From: Rickettsiales bacterium
GTDB lineage: Bacteria > Pseudomonadota > Alphaproteobacteria > Rickettsiales > UBA1997
Assembly (NCBI GenBank): GCA_020054695.1
Contig: JAHXBT010000016.1
Location: 101,680-165,679 of the forward strand
Reading direction: 5' to 3'
Length of the DNA stretch: 64,000 bases
Under the pieces are notes generated by a model that did not search any database, had not been told where the DNA came from, and was given only the letters and a program-made list of their open reading frames with translations. Positions 1-9,534 of the stretch are shown in pieces. The position numbers and the translations under genes were made by a program. Within the stretch, counting starts at the first letter, position 1; each line of letters opens with the position of its first letter.

Positions 1-239
1 AAACTTTTATCATTTCTTTAATATTTTATTTGTTGTCAAGCATCACTTATCGAGATAGACAAACAACCTCTCTACAAGAAGATATTATCTAAGGTAATGC
101 TTTTTTTCTCGAACAGTTGATGATGCACCTTCTTTAGTTTTCAAAGATATTAGTTTTAGTCTAGGTTACGAGTGATTTTCTATTATAGCTTAATCCATAA
201 CATTTTTGAAATGAAAGCAGACCCTAATGTCTTAGGCAT

Positions 240-1016
240 CTATTTTTCTAATTTAATGATTAAATTTTCCTCTTCAATTTTATGATAAAATTTTTCAGAA
301 GAATTGGTTAAATCAATAAAATTAATCTCATTACCTAAGGTTTGGTTTTTAATGTAATCCTTGTTGTCAAGAATAATTTTCTGCAATTTATCACTACAAT
401 AAATTTTAATGTTAATGTAATGTGAAATATTAAAATCTTTTTCTTTCCTATCTTGCTGGATTAATCTCACAACGTCTCTAGCAATCCCTTCATTTTCTAA
501 TTCTTCAGTTACATTAAGATCTAGTTCAATTAGGCAATCATTTGTTGGTAGAGGGAATATTTTTTCTGGGTATTTAGTAGTTAATTTAATTTCAAAGTCA
601 TCTTTTGATAGAATTTCTCCTGAAATCTGAATATTACCATCTTCTAATTTTTGCCATTGATTATTTTTAGCTGCTGTAGAAATTTCTTTCATTTTTGGAC
701 CAAATTTAGCGCCAATTTTTTTAAAATTTAATTGTAATTTAAATTCAGCAAGCTCTGAAATATTATTATTTAGCTCAATGTTTTTTACATTGACCTCATC
801 CTTAATAATATCAGAAAAATCAATGATTTGACCAGATCTCTTAGTAATAATTTTAAGACTGGCAAGAGGTAATCTTACTCTTAATTTATATTTATCACGG
901 ATAGAAAGAGCTATTGAGCAGATATTTCTCACTAAATCCATATTTTCGACCAATTTTTGGTCAGATTTAATAAAAGAAAGATCTGGAATATTTTGCAAAT
1001 GTACTGAGTTTTTCAT
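240..1016 (-). CDS. Stand-alone protein matching only the C-terminal ~260 residues of long-form (type 2) isoleucyl-tRNA synthetase
   Basis: 258-aa ORF. MKNSVHLQNIPD, LRVRLPLASL and ELENEGIARDVVRLIQQDRKEKDFNISHYINI resemble the SVHL..P / RQPL / EGxARExVRxIQxxRK blocks that end type-2 IleRS. Its ATG overlaps the purM stop (ATGA at 1013-1016), so no catalytic domain lies upstream. Confidence 0.6.
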   Translation of the reverse strand: MKNSVHLQNIPDLSFIKSDQKLVENMDLVRNICSIALSIRDKYKLRVRLPLASLKIITKRSGQIIDFSDIIKDEVNVKNIELNNNISELAEFKLQLNFKKIGAKFGPKMKEISTAAKNNQWQKLEDGNIQISGEILSKDDFEIKLTTKYPEKIFPLPTNDCLIELDLNVTEELENEGIARDVVRLIQQDRKEKDFNISHYINIKIYCSDKLQKIILDNKDYIKNQTLGNEINFIDLTNSSEKFYHKIEEENLIIKLEK

Positions 1017-2008
1017 CTTACTTGTCCAATTTTAGTTACTTTTTCACCAAATTCTGTTAATATTTCTGAAATTTTTTCTACATCTTTTTTTTCACAAATA
1101 GTAACCATACCAATACCACAATTAAAAACTCTACGCATTTCTATTTCATCAATATTACCTTTTTCTTGTAAAAATTTAAATATTTCTGGCCTGTCCCAAG
1201 TTGAAAAATTAATGTCGATATTTAAATTTTCAGGAATGATTCTCATAATATTTTCAACCAAACCACCACCAGTAATATGAGCAAAACCCTTGATTTTACC
1301 TGTTTTTGCTGCCTTCAAGCAAGATTTAACATAAATTTTAGTTTCTTTTAATAGAGACTGGCCAATTGTTAAATTATTTGCAAAATTTTCTGATAAATCA
1401 ATATTTTGATTTATGATAATTTTATTGACCAAAGAAAAGCCGTTAGAATGTACGCCATTTGATGCCATACCTAGAATGATATCTCCTGATTTGATATTGT
1501 TTTTTGGCAAAAGATGTTCTTTTTCAGCCACACCAACACAAAAACCAGCTAAGTCATAGTCATTGTTCTGATAAACAGAAGGCATTTCAGCGGTTTCGCC
1601 TCCAATTAGGGCGCAATTTGCTTGTTTACAACCTTCTACTATGCCCTTGATAATTTCCTCTCCAACCTGCAAATCTAACTTACCACATGAAAAATAATCT
1701 AAGAAAAATAAAGGCTCTGCATTTTGAACAATTAAATCATTAACTGACATAGCAACCAAATCAATGCCAATCGTGTCATATTTATTAAGTTTTTCTGTTA
1801 ATTTGACCTTGGTGCCAACGCCGTCATTACAAGAAACTAAAATAGGGTTCTTGTAGCCACATTTTTGTAGATCAAACAACCCTCCAAAACCTCCAATATC
1901 GGGGTTTGAACCTGTTCTTGCTGTACTTTTTACCAGAGATTTAATATTGTTTACAAATTGATTACCTTTGTCGATATCTACCCCTGATTTTTTGTAATTT
2001 TCGCTCAC
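1013..2008 (-). CDS. purM: Phosphoribosylformylglycinamidine cyclo-ligase (AIR synthetase)
   Basis: 331 aa. YKKSGVDIDKGN, GGFGGLFDL, DGVGTK and HITGGG motifs are typical of PurM. Confidence 0.95.
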   Translation of the reverse strand: MSENYKKSGVDIDKGNQFVNNIKSLVKSTARTGSNPDIGGFGGLFDLQKCGYKNPILVSCNDGVGTKVKLTEKLNKYDTIGIDLVAMSVNDLIVQNAEPLFFLDYFSCGKLDLQVGEEIIKGIVEGCKQANCALIGGETAEMPSVYQNNDYDLAGFCVGVAEKEHLLPKNNIKSGDIILGMASNGVHSNGFSLVNKIIINQNIDLSENFANNLTIGQSLLKETKIYVKSCLKAAKTGKIKGFAHITGGGLVENIMRIIPENLNIDINFSTWDRPEIFKFLQEKGNIDEIEMRRVFNCGIGMVTICEKKDVEKISEILTEFGEKVTKIGQVR

Positions 2009-2252
2009 TATATTAAGTATTTATGGATCTTTAAATTTTAACCTAAGACATATTAATATATGCTTTTCCAAACTAAAGTGGTATTGAATAAGCAATATTA
2101 TGTCTGAAAAACTAATTATCAATTACTGATTGCCTATTAAAAAATAATTATTAAAATTGTTACTGTATTTAGAGTTAAGTGAATTTAATATATTTTATAT
2201 AATTATTTCAATTTCCCTCCTAATTATCTTATTTAATTCAATTAAAAGTATT

Positions 2253-2456
2253 ATGTCTACAGGCAAAATTAAGTGGTTCAACCCAACTAAAGGGTTTGGT
2301 TTTATAGTACCTGATGAAGGTGGTGCAGATGTTTTTCTACACATTAGTAATTTAGGTAATGAAGATGCCCACTCTATAGAGGAAGATCAACCAATTTCTT
2401 ATGAAATTGAAGATAACAGAGGAAAAAAATCTGCCGTTAATATAAAATTAGGCTAG
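2253..2456 (+). CDS. Cold-shock domain protein (CspA family)
   Basis: The track ORF starts at 2157, but the conserved protein starts at the internal ATG 2253 (MSTGKIKWFNPTKGFGFI, RNP1-like KGFGFI, VFLHIS). The 67-aa length fits the Csp family. Confidence 0.9.
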   Translation: MSTGKIKWFNPTKGFGFIVPDEGGADVFLHISNLGNEDAHSIEEDQPISYEIEDNRGKKSAVNIKLG

Positions 2457-2469
2457 TTTAAACTTCCAC

Positions 2470-2515
2470 ACCATTTTAACTTGAAGATTATAACAATCTT
2501 GAGGTTAAAATGGTA
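2470..2515 (+). terminator. Long hairpin 14 nt after the csp stop (candidate terminator or stability element)
   Basis: Arms accattttaacttgaagatt (2470-2489) and aatcttgaggttaaaatggt (2496-2515) form 20 pairs with one G-U and one mismatch, around loop ataaca. No clean U-run follows. Confidence 0.4.
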
Positions 2516-2565
2516 TAATGTGAGTTTATTAAATTTAAAAAGTTCATGTTATAATTTTTTATATC

Positions 2566-2925
2566 ATGTCAAATTACGACCAAAGTAATATTTTTGCCAA
2601 GATCATTCGCGGTGAAATTCCTTCCACGAAAATTTATGAGGATAATGATATCCTTGCCTTTGAAGATATTAACAAAGTAGCCCCAGTACATATTTTGGTT
2701 ATACCTAAGGGGGAGTACATCTCATTTTCAGATTTTGTTTTAAAAGCTAGCTCTGATAAGGTCAATAATTTCTTTAAAAAGACCGCACAAATCGCAAAGG
2801 AGCAAAATTTAGATTCCGGCTATCGTCTTATTACCAATACTGGTGTTGATGCTGGACAAACTGTTTTCCACTTTCATATTCATATCATAGGTAAGAAAAA
2901 AATGAGTGAATTATTAGTCGTATAA
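2566..2925 (+). CDS. HIT-family (histidine triad) nucleotide hydrolase
   Basis: 119 aa. IFAKIIRGEIPS is at the N-terminus and the histidine triad is HFHIHII. Confidence 0.9.
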   Translation: MSNYDQSNIFAKIIRGEIPSTKIYEDNDILAFEDINKVAPVHILVIPKGEYISFSDFVLKASSDKVNNFFKKTAQIAKEQNLDSGYRLITNTGVDAGQTVFHFHIHIIGKKKMSELLVV

Positions 2926-3141
2926 ATAATAACTCTTACCTTATAATTACGCCTTATTTATTCTTGCTTTGTTTTTAAAAAATAATTGTAGCAAGTTGAA
3001 AATTATACAGATCCAGATAAATTATAATTAATGTTACTGACAATAAAGTAATTTTTTCTAGTAACTAGTGAATAATTTATTTAGCAACTTATAGAGGTAA
3101 AATTCTGCCTAAATTCTTAAAATTACGATAAGATTTTTTTG

Positions 3142-4044
3142 TTAAAGTAAAGCCCCAGCAAACTCTTTAGCATTAAATTCTCTTAAATCTTCTATTTTTT
3201 CTCCTACTCCAATAGCATAAATAGGTTTAGAAAATTTTTCAGTTATTGCTAATAATATACCTCCCTTAGCAGTTCCATCTAATTTGGTAATTATTAAGCC
3301 AGTGATATCAATATATTTACTAAAACTTTCAATTTGATTAATAGTATTTTGACCATTTCTTGCATCAATTATTAGAATATTTTCATCAACATCTTTCCCG
3401 CTTGCTTTTTTAACAACACGATTCATTTTAGACAACTCTTCCATTAAGCTTTTTTTGTTTTGTAATCGACCAGCCGTATCAATTAATAATACATCAAAAT
3501 TTTCATCAATTGCTTTTTTTACTGATCTAAAGGCAACAACGGACGATTCTTCACCTTCTTTGGTAGCTTCAATTATTTCTGCTTCTGATCTTTCTGACCA
3601 AATCTTTAATTGTTCGTTTGCTGCAGCTCTAAAAGTATCGCATGATCCTATTAATACCTTTTTCCCTTCTTTTTTTAATGAGTGAGATATTTTACCAATA
3701 GTTGTTGTTTTCCCCGCCCCATTAACTCCATTAAAGATTATAATGTAAGGTTTTTTCTGGTGATTAATTATTAATTTTTTTTCAACCTTTTGTAATAATT
3801 TTGATATTTGCTCTAATAATATTTTTTTGACTTCCTCGAAACTAATATTTTTATTAAATTTAGATTTAGATATATAGTCAATAATTTTTGTAGTAAATGC
3901 CACACCTACGTCTGCACTTATCAATAAGTCTTCTAATTCTTCAATTTGTTCATTTTTTAGTTTCTTACTAGAAAAGATACTCTTAAAATTAGTTTTTTGT
4001 GAAAAAACACCTTCTTTAATAGATTTTTTTGAAAAAATTCCCAT
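3142..4044 (-). CDS. ftsY: Signal recognition particle receptor FtsY
   Basis: 300 aa. SRP-GTPase NG domain with GVNGAGKTTTIGK (G1), DTAGR, TKLDGTAKGG and AIGVGE. Confidence 0.93.
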   Translation of the reverse strand: MGIFSKKSIKEGVFSQKTNFKSIFSSKKLKNEQIEELEDLLISADVGVAFTTKIIDYISKSKFNKNISFEEVKKILLEQISKLLQKVEKKLIINHQKKPYIIIFNGVNGAGKTTTIGKISHSLKKEGKKVLIGSCDTFRAAANEQLKIWSERSEAEIIEATKEGEESSVVAFRSVKKAIDENFDVLLIDTAGRLQNKKSLMEELSKMNRVVKKASGKDVDENILIIDARNGQNTINQIESFSKYIDITGLIITKLDGTAKGGILLAITEKFSKPIYAIGVGEKIEDLREFNAKEFAGALL

Positions 4045-4375
4045 GTTATTTTTAAATATTTTAATCAGAGATCTGATTCTATTTTACAGCGAAATAAAAC
4101 TCAATTATAAAAAAAATATAGTGTTTTTGGTCTTTTATTTTGGTTTAAATACCATGTATCAGATAAATTATCCTGTGCTTTATTCTGTTTTGTTTTTTTT
4201 TGTATTTTTTATTCCAACGGTTAAAAAAAATATTGCTATTGATCATTACAATAGGTTAAAATTTGCTCTTATTAGATATGAAATGGTTTATTTGTATCAA
4301 GTTTTATCCTATATAATAATTTTTATTATGATATTATTGGTATTTTTTATTTCTGCTTAATATTCAACAATCTAA

Positions 4376-5113
4376 ATGACAAAATTTATATACAATCTTA
4401 TCGTAATTATATTTAGCACTTTGTTAATTATGTCTTGTGCTAGTGTAAAAAAAGAGAATATGGCAAAAGATGAATATTCCAAAGCAATGGAGTACATCAA
4501 AAATAGCAACTTCATTGAATGTGCTAATAAATTTAATGAAGTGATAGAAGAGTTTCCATTTTCTATATGGGCAAAAGAAGCTAAAATTTTAGCAGCATAT
4601 TGCCATTTTAAAGAACAATCATATGGCGATGTTATTGCTTTGACAGATGATTATATTAGCAATTATCCTGCAGATCAAGATGTTGTTTATATGCAATATT
4701 TAAGGTCATTATCTTATTACAAACAAATGCCATATATGGATAGATCGCAAGATGAAAGTAAAATTGCCCTATATGGGTTTAAGGATATTATTTCTAAAGA
4801 TTCAAGATCAATTCACGCTAAAGATGCAATTAAGAAGATAAAAATAATTAATGAAAATATTGCTGGATATTATATGGAAATAGGGAGGTTTTATCAACAA
4901 AAAGACAACTTGATAGGTGCAATTAATAATTTTAATTATGTAATTAATAATTATTCATTTACTAATCAATACCCAGAATCATTATATAGAATTTATGCAA
5001 TTTATTATAAATTAGGTATAACAGAGGAGGCTGACAAAGCTAAAAATAATTTATTGAACTTAAGTCTAGAACAGGATAATAAGTGGTTGACGTTAATAAA
5101 AAAATCAAGCTAG
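4376..5113 (+). CDS. bamD: Outer-membrane assembly lipoprotein BamD/YfiO-like (TPR)
   Basis: 245 aa. Lipobox LLIMSC, followed by TPR-like helices (YSKAMEYIKNSNFIECANKFNEVIEEFPFSIWAKEA...YCHFKEQSYGDV). Confidence 0.75.
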   Translation: MTKFIYNLIVIIFSTLLIMSCASVKKENMAKDEYSKAMEYIKNSNFIECANKFNEVIEEFPFSIWAKEAKILAAYCHFKEQSYGDVIALTDDYISNYPADQDVVYMQYLRSLSYYKQMPYMDRSQDESKIALYGFKDIISKDSRSIHAKDAIKKIKIINENIAGYYMEIGRFYQQKDNLIGAINNFNYVINNYSFTNQYPESLYRIYAIYYKLGITEEADKAKNNLLNLSLEQDNKWLTLIKKSS

Positions 5114-5147
5114 GTATCATTTTAAAATACATTTAATTTATATAATT

Positions 5148-6164
5148 ATGTTAAAATCATTTAAAATAGTAATCATTTCTTTTTCTTTCCTTTCTTCATT
5201 TAATGTTTTTGCTAACGACTTAAGTAGTCGTCCAGATTATCATGCGCCAATTGGCGTTATGAGGGACCATATTCATAGCAAAGGTAAGATAATGACATCT
5301 TATCGTTTTGGATATATGTATATGGACGAAAATCGTAATAATAGAGATCGTCTAACAGAAGATGAAGTTAATTCTAGTGCTATTATTCCAACCTCTATGA
5401 TTATGAAAATGCATATTTTTGGTTTTATGTACGGTCTTACAGATAATTTAACTATCTCAGCAATGACAGGTTTTTCTGGTAAAAAAATGGATCATATTCG
5501 TGCTAGCAATGACGAAACTTTCATTATGGAAAGCGACGGTCGCACCGATAGTAAAATATCTGCTCTTTACCAATTCTATAAAAATGATCGCCATATATTA
5601 CAATTTAATGCAGGATTAAATATTCCTACTGGATCAATTAAACATAAAAAATCAGATGGCAATCGCTTTGCTTATCCAATGCAAGTGGGGTCTGGAACTT
5701 ATGACTTATTACCTGGGGTTAGCTATAGTGGATTTGCTGATGATTGGTCTTGGGGTGGTCAATTTAACGGAACTTTTAGGTTGGGTCGCAATAATAGTGG
5801 ATATACATTGGGTGATGTTTATAATCTAAATGTTTGGGGAGCTAGAAAATTAAATAATTTTTTTAGTACCTCACTGCGCTTAGATGCCAATTTAACAGAT
5901 GAAATCATGGGTAAGGATCGCAATATTAACCCTATGACTATGGGAATGATGGCAGGACAGTATATGTCTGCACCTATGAATCCTAATCTTCATGATAAAA
6001 AGCAAATTGATGCATTAATTGGTATTAATTTTATTGCGCCATCTGGTGATTTAAAAAATCATCGTTTTGCTGTTGAGTTTGGCTTGCCAGCCTATCAAAG
6101 AATTGACGGGCCAATGTTGGAAACTGACTATAAATTAACTTTTGGTTGGCAAAAAGCTTTTTAA
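5148..6164 (+). CDS. Putative outer-membrane beta-barrel protein (transporter-type), function unknown
   Basis: 338 aa. Signal peptide ending VFANDL, alternating beta-strand-like pattern, and a C-terminal aromatic signature (GWQKAF). Confidence 0.6.
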   Translation: MLKSFKIVIISFSFLSSFNVFANDLSSRPDYHAPIGVMRDHIHSKGKIMTSYRFGYMYMDENRNNRDRLTEDEVNSSAIIPTSMIMKMHIFGFMYGLTDNLTISAMTGFSGKKMDHIRASNDETFIMESDGRTDSKISALYQFYKNDRHILQFNAGLNIPTGSIKHKKSDGNRFAYPMQVGSGTYDLLPGVSYSGFADDWSWGGQFNGTFRLGRNNSGYTLGDVYNLNVWGARKLNNFFSTSLRLDANLTDEIMGKDRNINPMTMGMMAGQYMSAPMNPNLHDKKQIDALIGINFIAPSGDLKNHRFAVEFGLPAYQRIDGPMLETDYKLTFGWQKAF

Positions 6165-6269
6165 GTAATTTTGCTGTTTATTGTAGTATAAAGTTTTTTG
6201 TAATTTTTATTCAATAAGGTGGATTACAGTATGATTCTAAGATCGTCAAATTTAATAAAATATTGTAAT

Positions 6270-7562
6270 TTATTCTAACTCCAATAAGCATGCGCCACCT
6301 TGACCACCACCAACGCAAAGAGTAGCTAGGGCGGTTTTTCCTCCTCTTCTCTTTAGCTCTTTCAATGCGTGAATAATAATTCTTGTGCCACTCATTCCAA
6401 CGGGGTGACCAAGAGAGATACCTCCGCCATTAACATTAAGAATTTTATCATCTATTTTGCCAATGGCAGATTCTAGGCCTAGTTCTTTTTTGGCAAAGCT
6501 ATCGGACTCAAATGCTTTTTTGCAAGCAATTACTTGCGCGGCAAAAGCTTCATTAATTTCAATTAAATCAATATCTTCAAATTTAGTATTAGATTTTTGA
6601 AGTAATTTTGCTGTAGCAAAAACGGGCCCAAGACCCATGCGATCAGGATCCAATCCGGCATAGGCAAAGTCTTTGAGATAACCAATGGGTTTTAATTTTA
6701 ACTCTTTTGCTTTTTCTTCACTCATTAAAATTACAGCTGCTGCGGCATCAGTTAATTGAGAGGAATTACCTACAGTCACTGTCCCAGTATTTTTTTCAAA
6801 ATATGGTTTTAATTTAGATAAATCTTTCATATTTTGATCATTTCTAATACCTTCATCATTTTCAATTATCTTGCTATTTTTATCATCGCCATTAAAAATA
6901 GTTATAATTTCATCAGTAAAAATACCTGCCTTAATTGCTTTTTCTGCTCTATTATGACTGCGCATAGAATATTCATCCTGCTCTTTTCTATTAATTTTAA
7001 ATTCACGAGCTAGATTTTCAGCAGTTGAGCCCATCATTAATCCAGAAATTGGGTCTGTTAAGCCTTGTTGTACTGCTATTACTGGTGATAAAAAACTGGG
7101 GCGAAACTTTAGAATTGTTTTTAATTTTTGACCAAATGATCTTGCTTTAAATAAATCAGCAAAGAATTTTGTCATTTTTGAATTATAAAGCAAAGGAATA
7201 TTACTCATTGATTCGACGCCTCCAGCAACAATGGTTTTTGCATCACCAAGAAGAATTTTATCAGCAGCTGTAGTTATTGCCTCCATACCTGAGGCGCAGT
7301 TACGATGAACAGTAAAAGCGGGAACGTTATTTGGAATGTTTGCTTTTAAAGCAATAACTCTAGCAATATTTGCTGCATCACTTAAATTTGCAACATTACC
7401 TATAATTACTTCATCAATAATATTAGGGTTAATTCCAGTTTTTGTTAGAAGATCTCTTACAACTTTTGCTCCAAGATCGTGGGCTGATACGTTTTTTAAA
7501 GATCCTCCGGCCTTACCCATTGGGGTTCTAAGTCCTTCAATTATTGCAATTCTTTCCTTCAT
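6270..7562 (-). CDS. Acetyl-CoA C-acyltransferase / thiolase
   Basis: 430 aa. Active-site Cys context HRNCASGMEAI, with NVNGGGISLGHPVGMSGTR and CVGGGQGGA at the C-terminus. Confidence 0.92.
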   Translation of the reverse strand: MKERIAIIEGLRTPMGKAGGSLKNVSAHDLGAKVVRDLLTKTGINPNIIDEVIIGNVANLSDAANIARVIALKANIPNNVPAFTVHRNCASGMEAITTAADKILLGDAKTIVAGGVESMSNIPLLYNSKMTKFFADLFKARSFGQKLKTILKFRPSFLSPVIAVQQGLTDPISGLMMGSTAENLAREFKINRKEQDEYSMRSHNRAEKAIKAGIFTDEIITIFNGDDKNSKIIENDEGIRNDQNMKDLSKLKPYFEKNTGTVTVGNSSQLTDAAAAVILMSEEKAKELKLKPIGYLKDFAYAGLDPDRMGLGPVFATAKLLQKSNTKFEDIDLIEINEAFAAQVIACKKAFESDSFAKKELGLESAIGKIDDKILNVNGGGISLGHPVGMSGTRIIIHALKELKRRGGKTALATLCVGGGQGGACLLELE

Positions 7563-7662
7563 AAATTTTTGATAATATTGCTATTTATAAATACAGTAAT
7601 ATGAATTATATGGTAATATTTTTTTAAATCTATAGTAAAAATAAAGCCAAAATGATTTTGAT

Positions 7663-8652
7663 CTATTTTATAAGATATTTCTCAGGATTAATAGCTTCCT
7701 TTTTATATCTTAAGCTGAAATATAGTTGTTTTTCTAAAACATTACCAGTGCTGCCCATAGTGGGAATTTTTGTCCCTTGTCGAATTTTCTGCCCCTTTTT
7801 GATTAGAATATTATCCAAATGGGCATAGGCCGAAATCCAGTCGTTACCATGTTTTATGATAATTAAATTACCATAACCCCTCAATTCATTTCCAACATAA
7901 GCAATTTTACCATCACGAACGGATAGTACATCATTATTGTCAGTAGGTTTAATATTAATTCCATCATTATATAATCCACCAGATTTTTGGCCAAATTTTG
8001 AAATTATACTGCCAGATTTTACAGGCCAAATAAAGTTATTATTATCTATATTTGGTGCTTTTTTTATTATCTTTTTTATTCTTTTTTTAGATTTTCGTTT
8101 AATTGATGCGGTTTCAGAAATCCTTATTTTATCGCCAATTTTAATATTATATGGTTTTTTTAACTCATTTAATTTAATCAATTCACTAATGTTCATATCA
8201 TAAATGCGGGCTATATAATATAAATTTTCTCGTTTTACAACATTATGATATTTAAAAGAGGGTAATTTTAATTTTTGACCTTCTTTTAGAACATAAGGTT
8301 CCTTTAAATTATTAATTTCAATTAAATCTCTATTTGGAACATTATAAGTTGCTGAAATGGCATATAGCGTATCCCCATCATTAACGACTACGTGAGAAGA
8401 GTTTTTTTTATCTTCTATATCGCCCCTTTTAGTTGTTGGCAAGTTATTATGTTTTTTGTTATTTAATATTGCTAGGTTATTTTTACTTATTTCTTGTAAT
8501 TCAATTCTATTTTTCTTGTAATAATTTTTACTAGAATATATATTGGTTCTATTGGTGATAATTTCTGCCTTATTTTGATAGCAGCTAGATAGTAGAAGCA
8601 AAATTGTAAATCCTAGCAACAAATTACCAAGATTTTTTAAGAAATAACTCAT
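7663..8652 (-). CDS. nlpD: Lipoprotein with two LysM repeats and a degenerate LytM (M23) domain, NlpD-like
   Basis: Start placed at the internal ATG 8652 (MSYFLKN...LLLSSC lipobox); the longest ORF reaches 8736. Two LysM repeats are present (DGDTLYAISATYNV..., ENLYYIARIYDMNI...). In the M23 domain the metal ligands are replaced: NDGINI instead of HxGxD, and KQLYFS instead of HLHFE. Confidence 0.8.
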   Translation of the reverse strand: MSYFLKNLGNLLLGFTILLLLSSCYQNKAEIITNRTNIYSSKNYYKKNRIELQEISKNNLAILNNKKHNNLPTTKRGDIEDKKNSSHVVVNDGDTLYAISATYNVPNRDLIEINNLKEPYVLKEGQKLKLPSFKYHNVVKRENLYYIARIYDMNISELIKLNELKKPYNIKIGDKIRISETASIKRKSKKRIKKIIKKAPNIDNNNFIWPVKSGSIISKFGQKSGGLYNDGINIKPTDNNDVLSVRDGKIAYVGNELRGYGNLIIIKHGNDWISAYAHLDNILIKKGQKIRQGTKIPTMGSTGNVLEKQLYFSLRYKKEAINPEKYLIK

Positions 8653-8739
8653 AGGTATCTTAATAATTAAATTTGATAATAATTTAAAAAGATATTCAAT
8701 ATTTAGCATTTGTATTAATAATAAAAATAATTTCATATT

Positions 8740-9534
8740 ATGGTTATATCTTTAATAATTATTCTTGGCCTAATATTTGGTAGCTTTGCTTCCATGGCAA
8801 GTTATGAACTAGGTGCCAAAGATGGTAAATTACTTAATATTATAATAAGACGATCTTTTTGTCCAAAATGCAATAATATTTTAAAAATAAAAAATTTATT
8901 TCCTGTATTGTCTTGGCTTTTTCAACGCGGTAGATGTTCATTTTGTCATAGTAAGATTTCTTATCGCTATGTTCTAACAGAGATACTATGTGTTGCATTA
9001 TTTGTCACTAGCTATTTTGCTTTAGGGCAAAAATTAGATATTCATTTATATTTAATATTAACAATTATAGTTATATTAATGGTAGCTTCTATTGTTGATT
9101 TAGAGCATTACTTCATTCCAAATATTACACAAATAATATTAGTTATATTGGCAGTTTTTTACCACATCTTTGTAACTAATAATGTAGATATAAAAACATA
9201 TTTAATATCTGGATTTTTATATGGATTGTTTATCTATTTTATTTTTTATATATTTTTAATAATTAGAGGCAGATGTGTGATTGGCAGTGATGATTTAAAG
9301 TTTTTTCCGATAGCTGGATTGTTTTTAGGTTTAGAAAATTTTGTATATTTTATTGCTTTTCTTGGTATTTTTGGTATAATATGTGGTACGGGTTGGAAAT
9401 TTTTTAAGCAGGAAAATTGCTTTCCTTTTGCCCCCGCACTCTCACTTGCTTTAATGACGAACTTATGGGGTTTTAATAAGTTATTTGATTTGGCTGATAT
9501 TTTGGAGTGTGTAATTCTAGAATGTGTAGGTTAG
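8740..9534 (+). CDS. pilD: Type IV prepilin leader peptidase (A24 family)
   Basis: 264 aa polytopic protein. Zn-finger pair CPKC...CSFC, with candidate catalytic Asp contexts SIVDLEH and GSDDLKFF. Confidence 0.85.
   Translation: MVISLIIILGLIFGSFASMASYELGAKDGKLLNIIIRRSFCPKCNNILKIKNLFPVLSWLFQRGRCSFCHSKISYRYVLTEILCVALFVTSYFALGQKLDIHLYLILTIIVILMVASIVDLEHYFIPNITQIILVILAVFYHIFVTNNVDIKTYLISGFLYGLFIYFIFYIFLIIRGRCVIGSDDLKFFPIAGLFLGLENFVYFIAFLGIFGIICGTGWKFFKQENCFPFAPALSLALMTNLWGFNKLFDLADILECVILECVG

Noticed and set aside
2157-2252. N-terminal 32-aa extension of the cold-shock ORF
   Set aside because: The extension is hydrophobic, low-complexity sequence, while Csp proteins are ~67-70 aa starting at MSTGKIKWF. 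The internal ATG at 2253 is preferred, and 2009-2252 is more likely a long 5' leader.
3455-3685. Antisense or out-of-frame ORFs nested in confirmed genes
   Set aside because: Examples are 3455-3685, 7336-7572, 7937-8203, 10425-10802, 11337-11558, 14304-14651, 17793-17987, 18700-19011, 31213-31539, 39732-40025, 43913-44182, 48374-48709, 54311-54517 and others in the track. Each lies wholly inside a CDS that has strong family motifs. Their sequences are low-complexity or mirror the codon structure of the real gene.
4043-4360. 105-aa ORF in the divergent ftsY/bamD spacer
   Set aside because: Its F/I/L/Y/N-rich composition is what AT-rich non-coding DNA yields when translated. It overlaps the ftsY start codon on the other strand and has no recognisable motif or ribosome-binding context. 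The region is more plausibly the shared promoter region.
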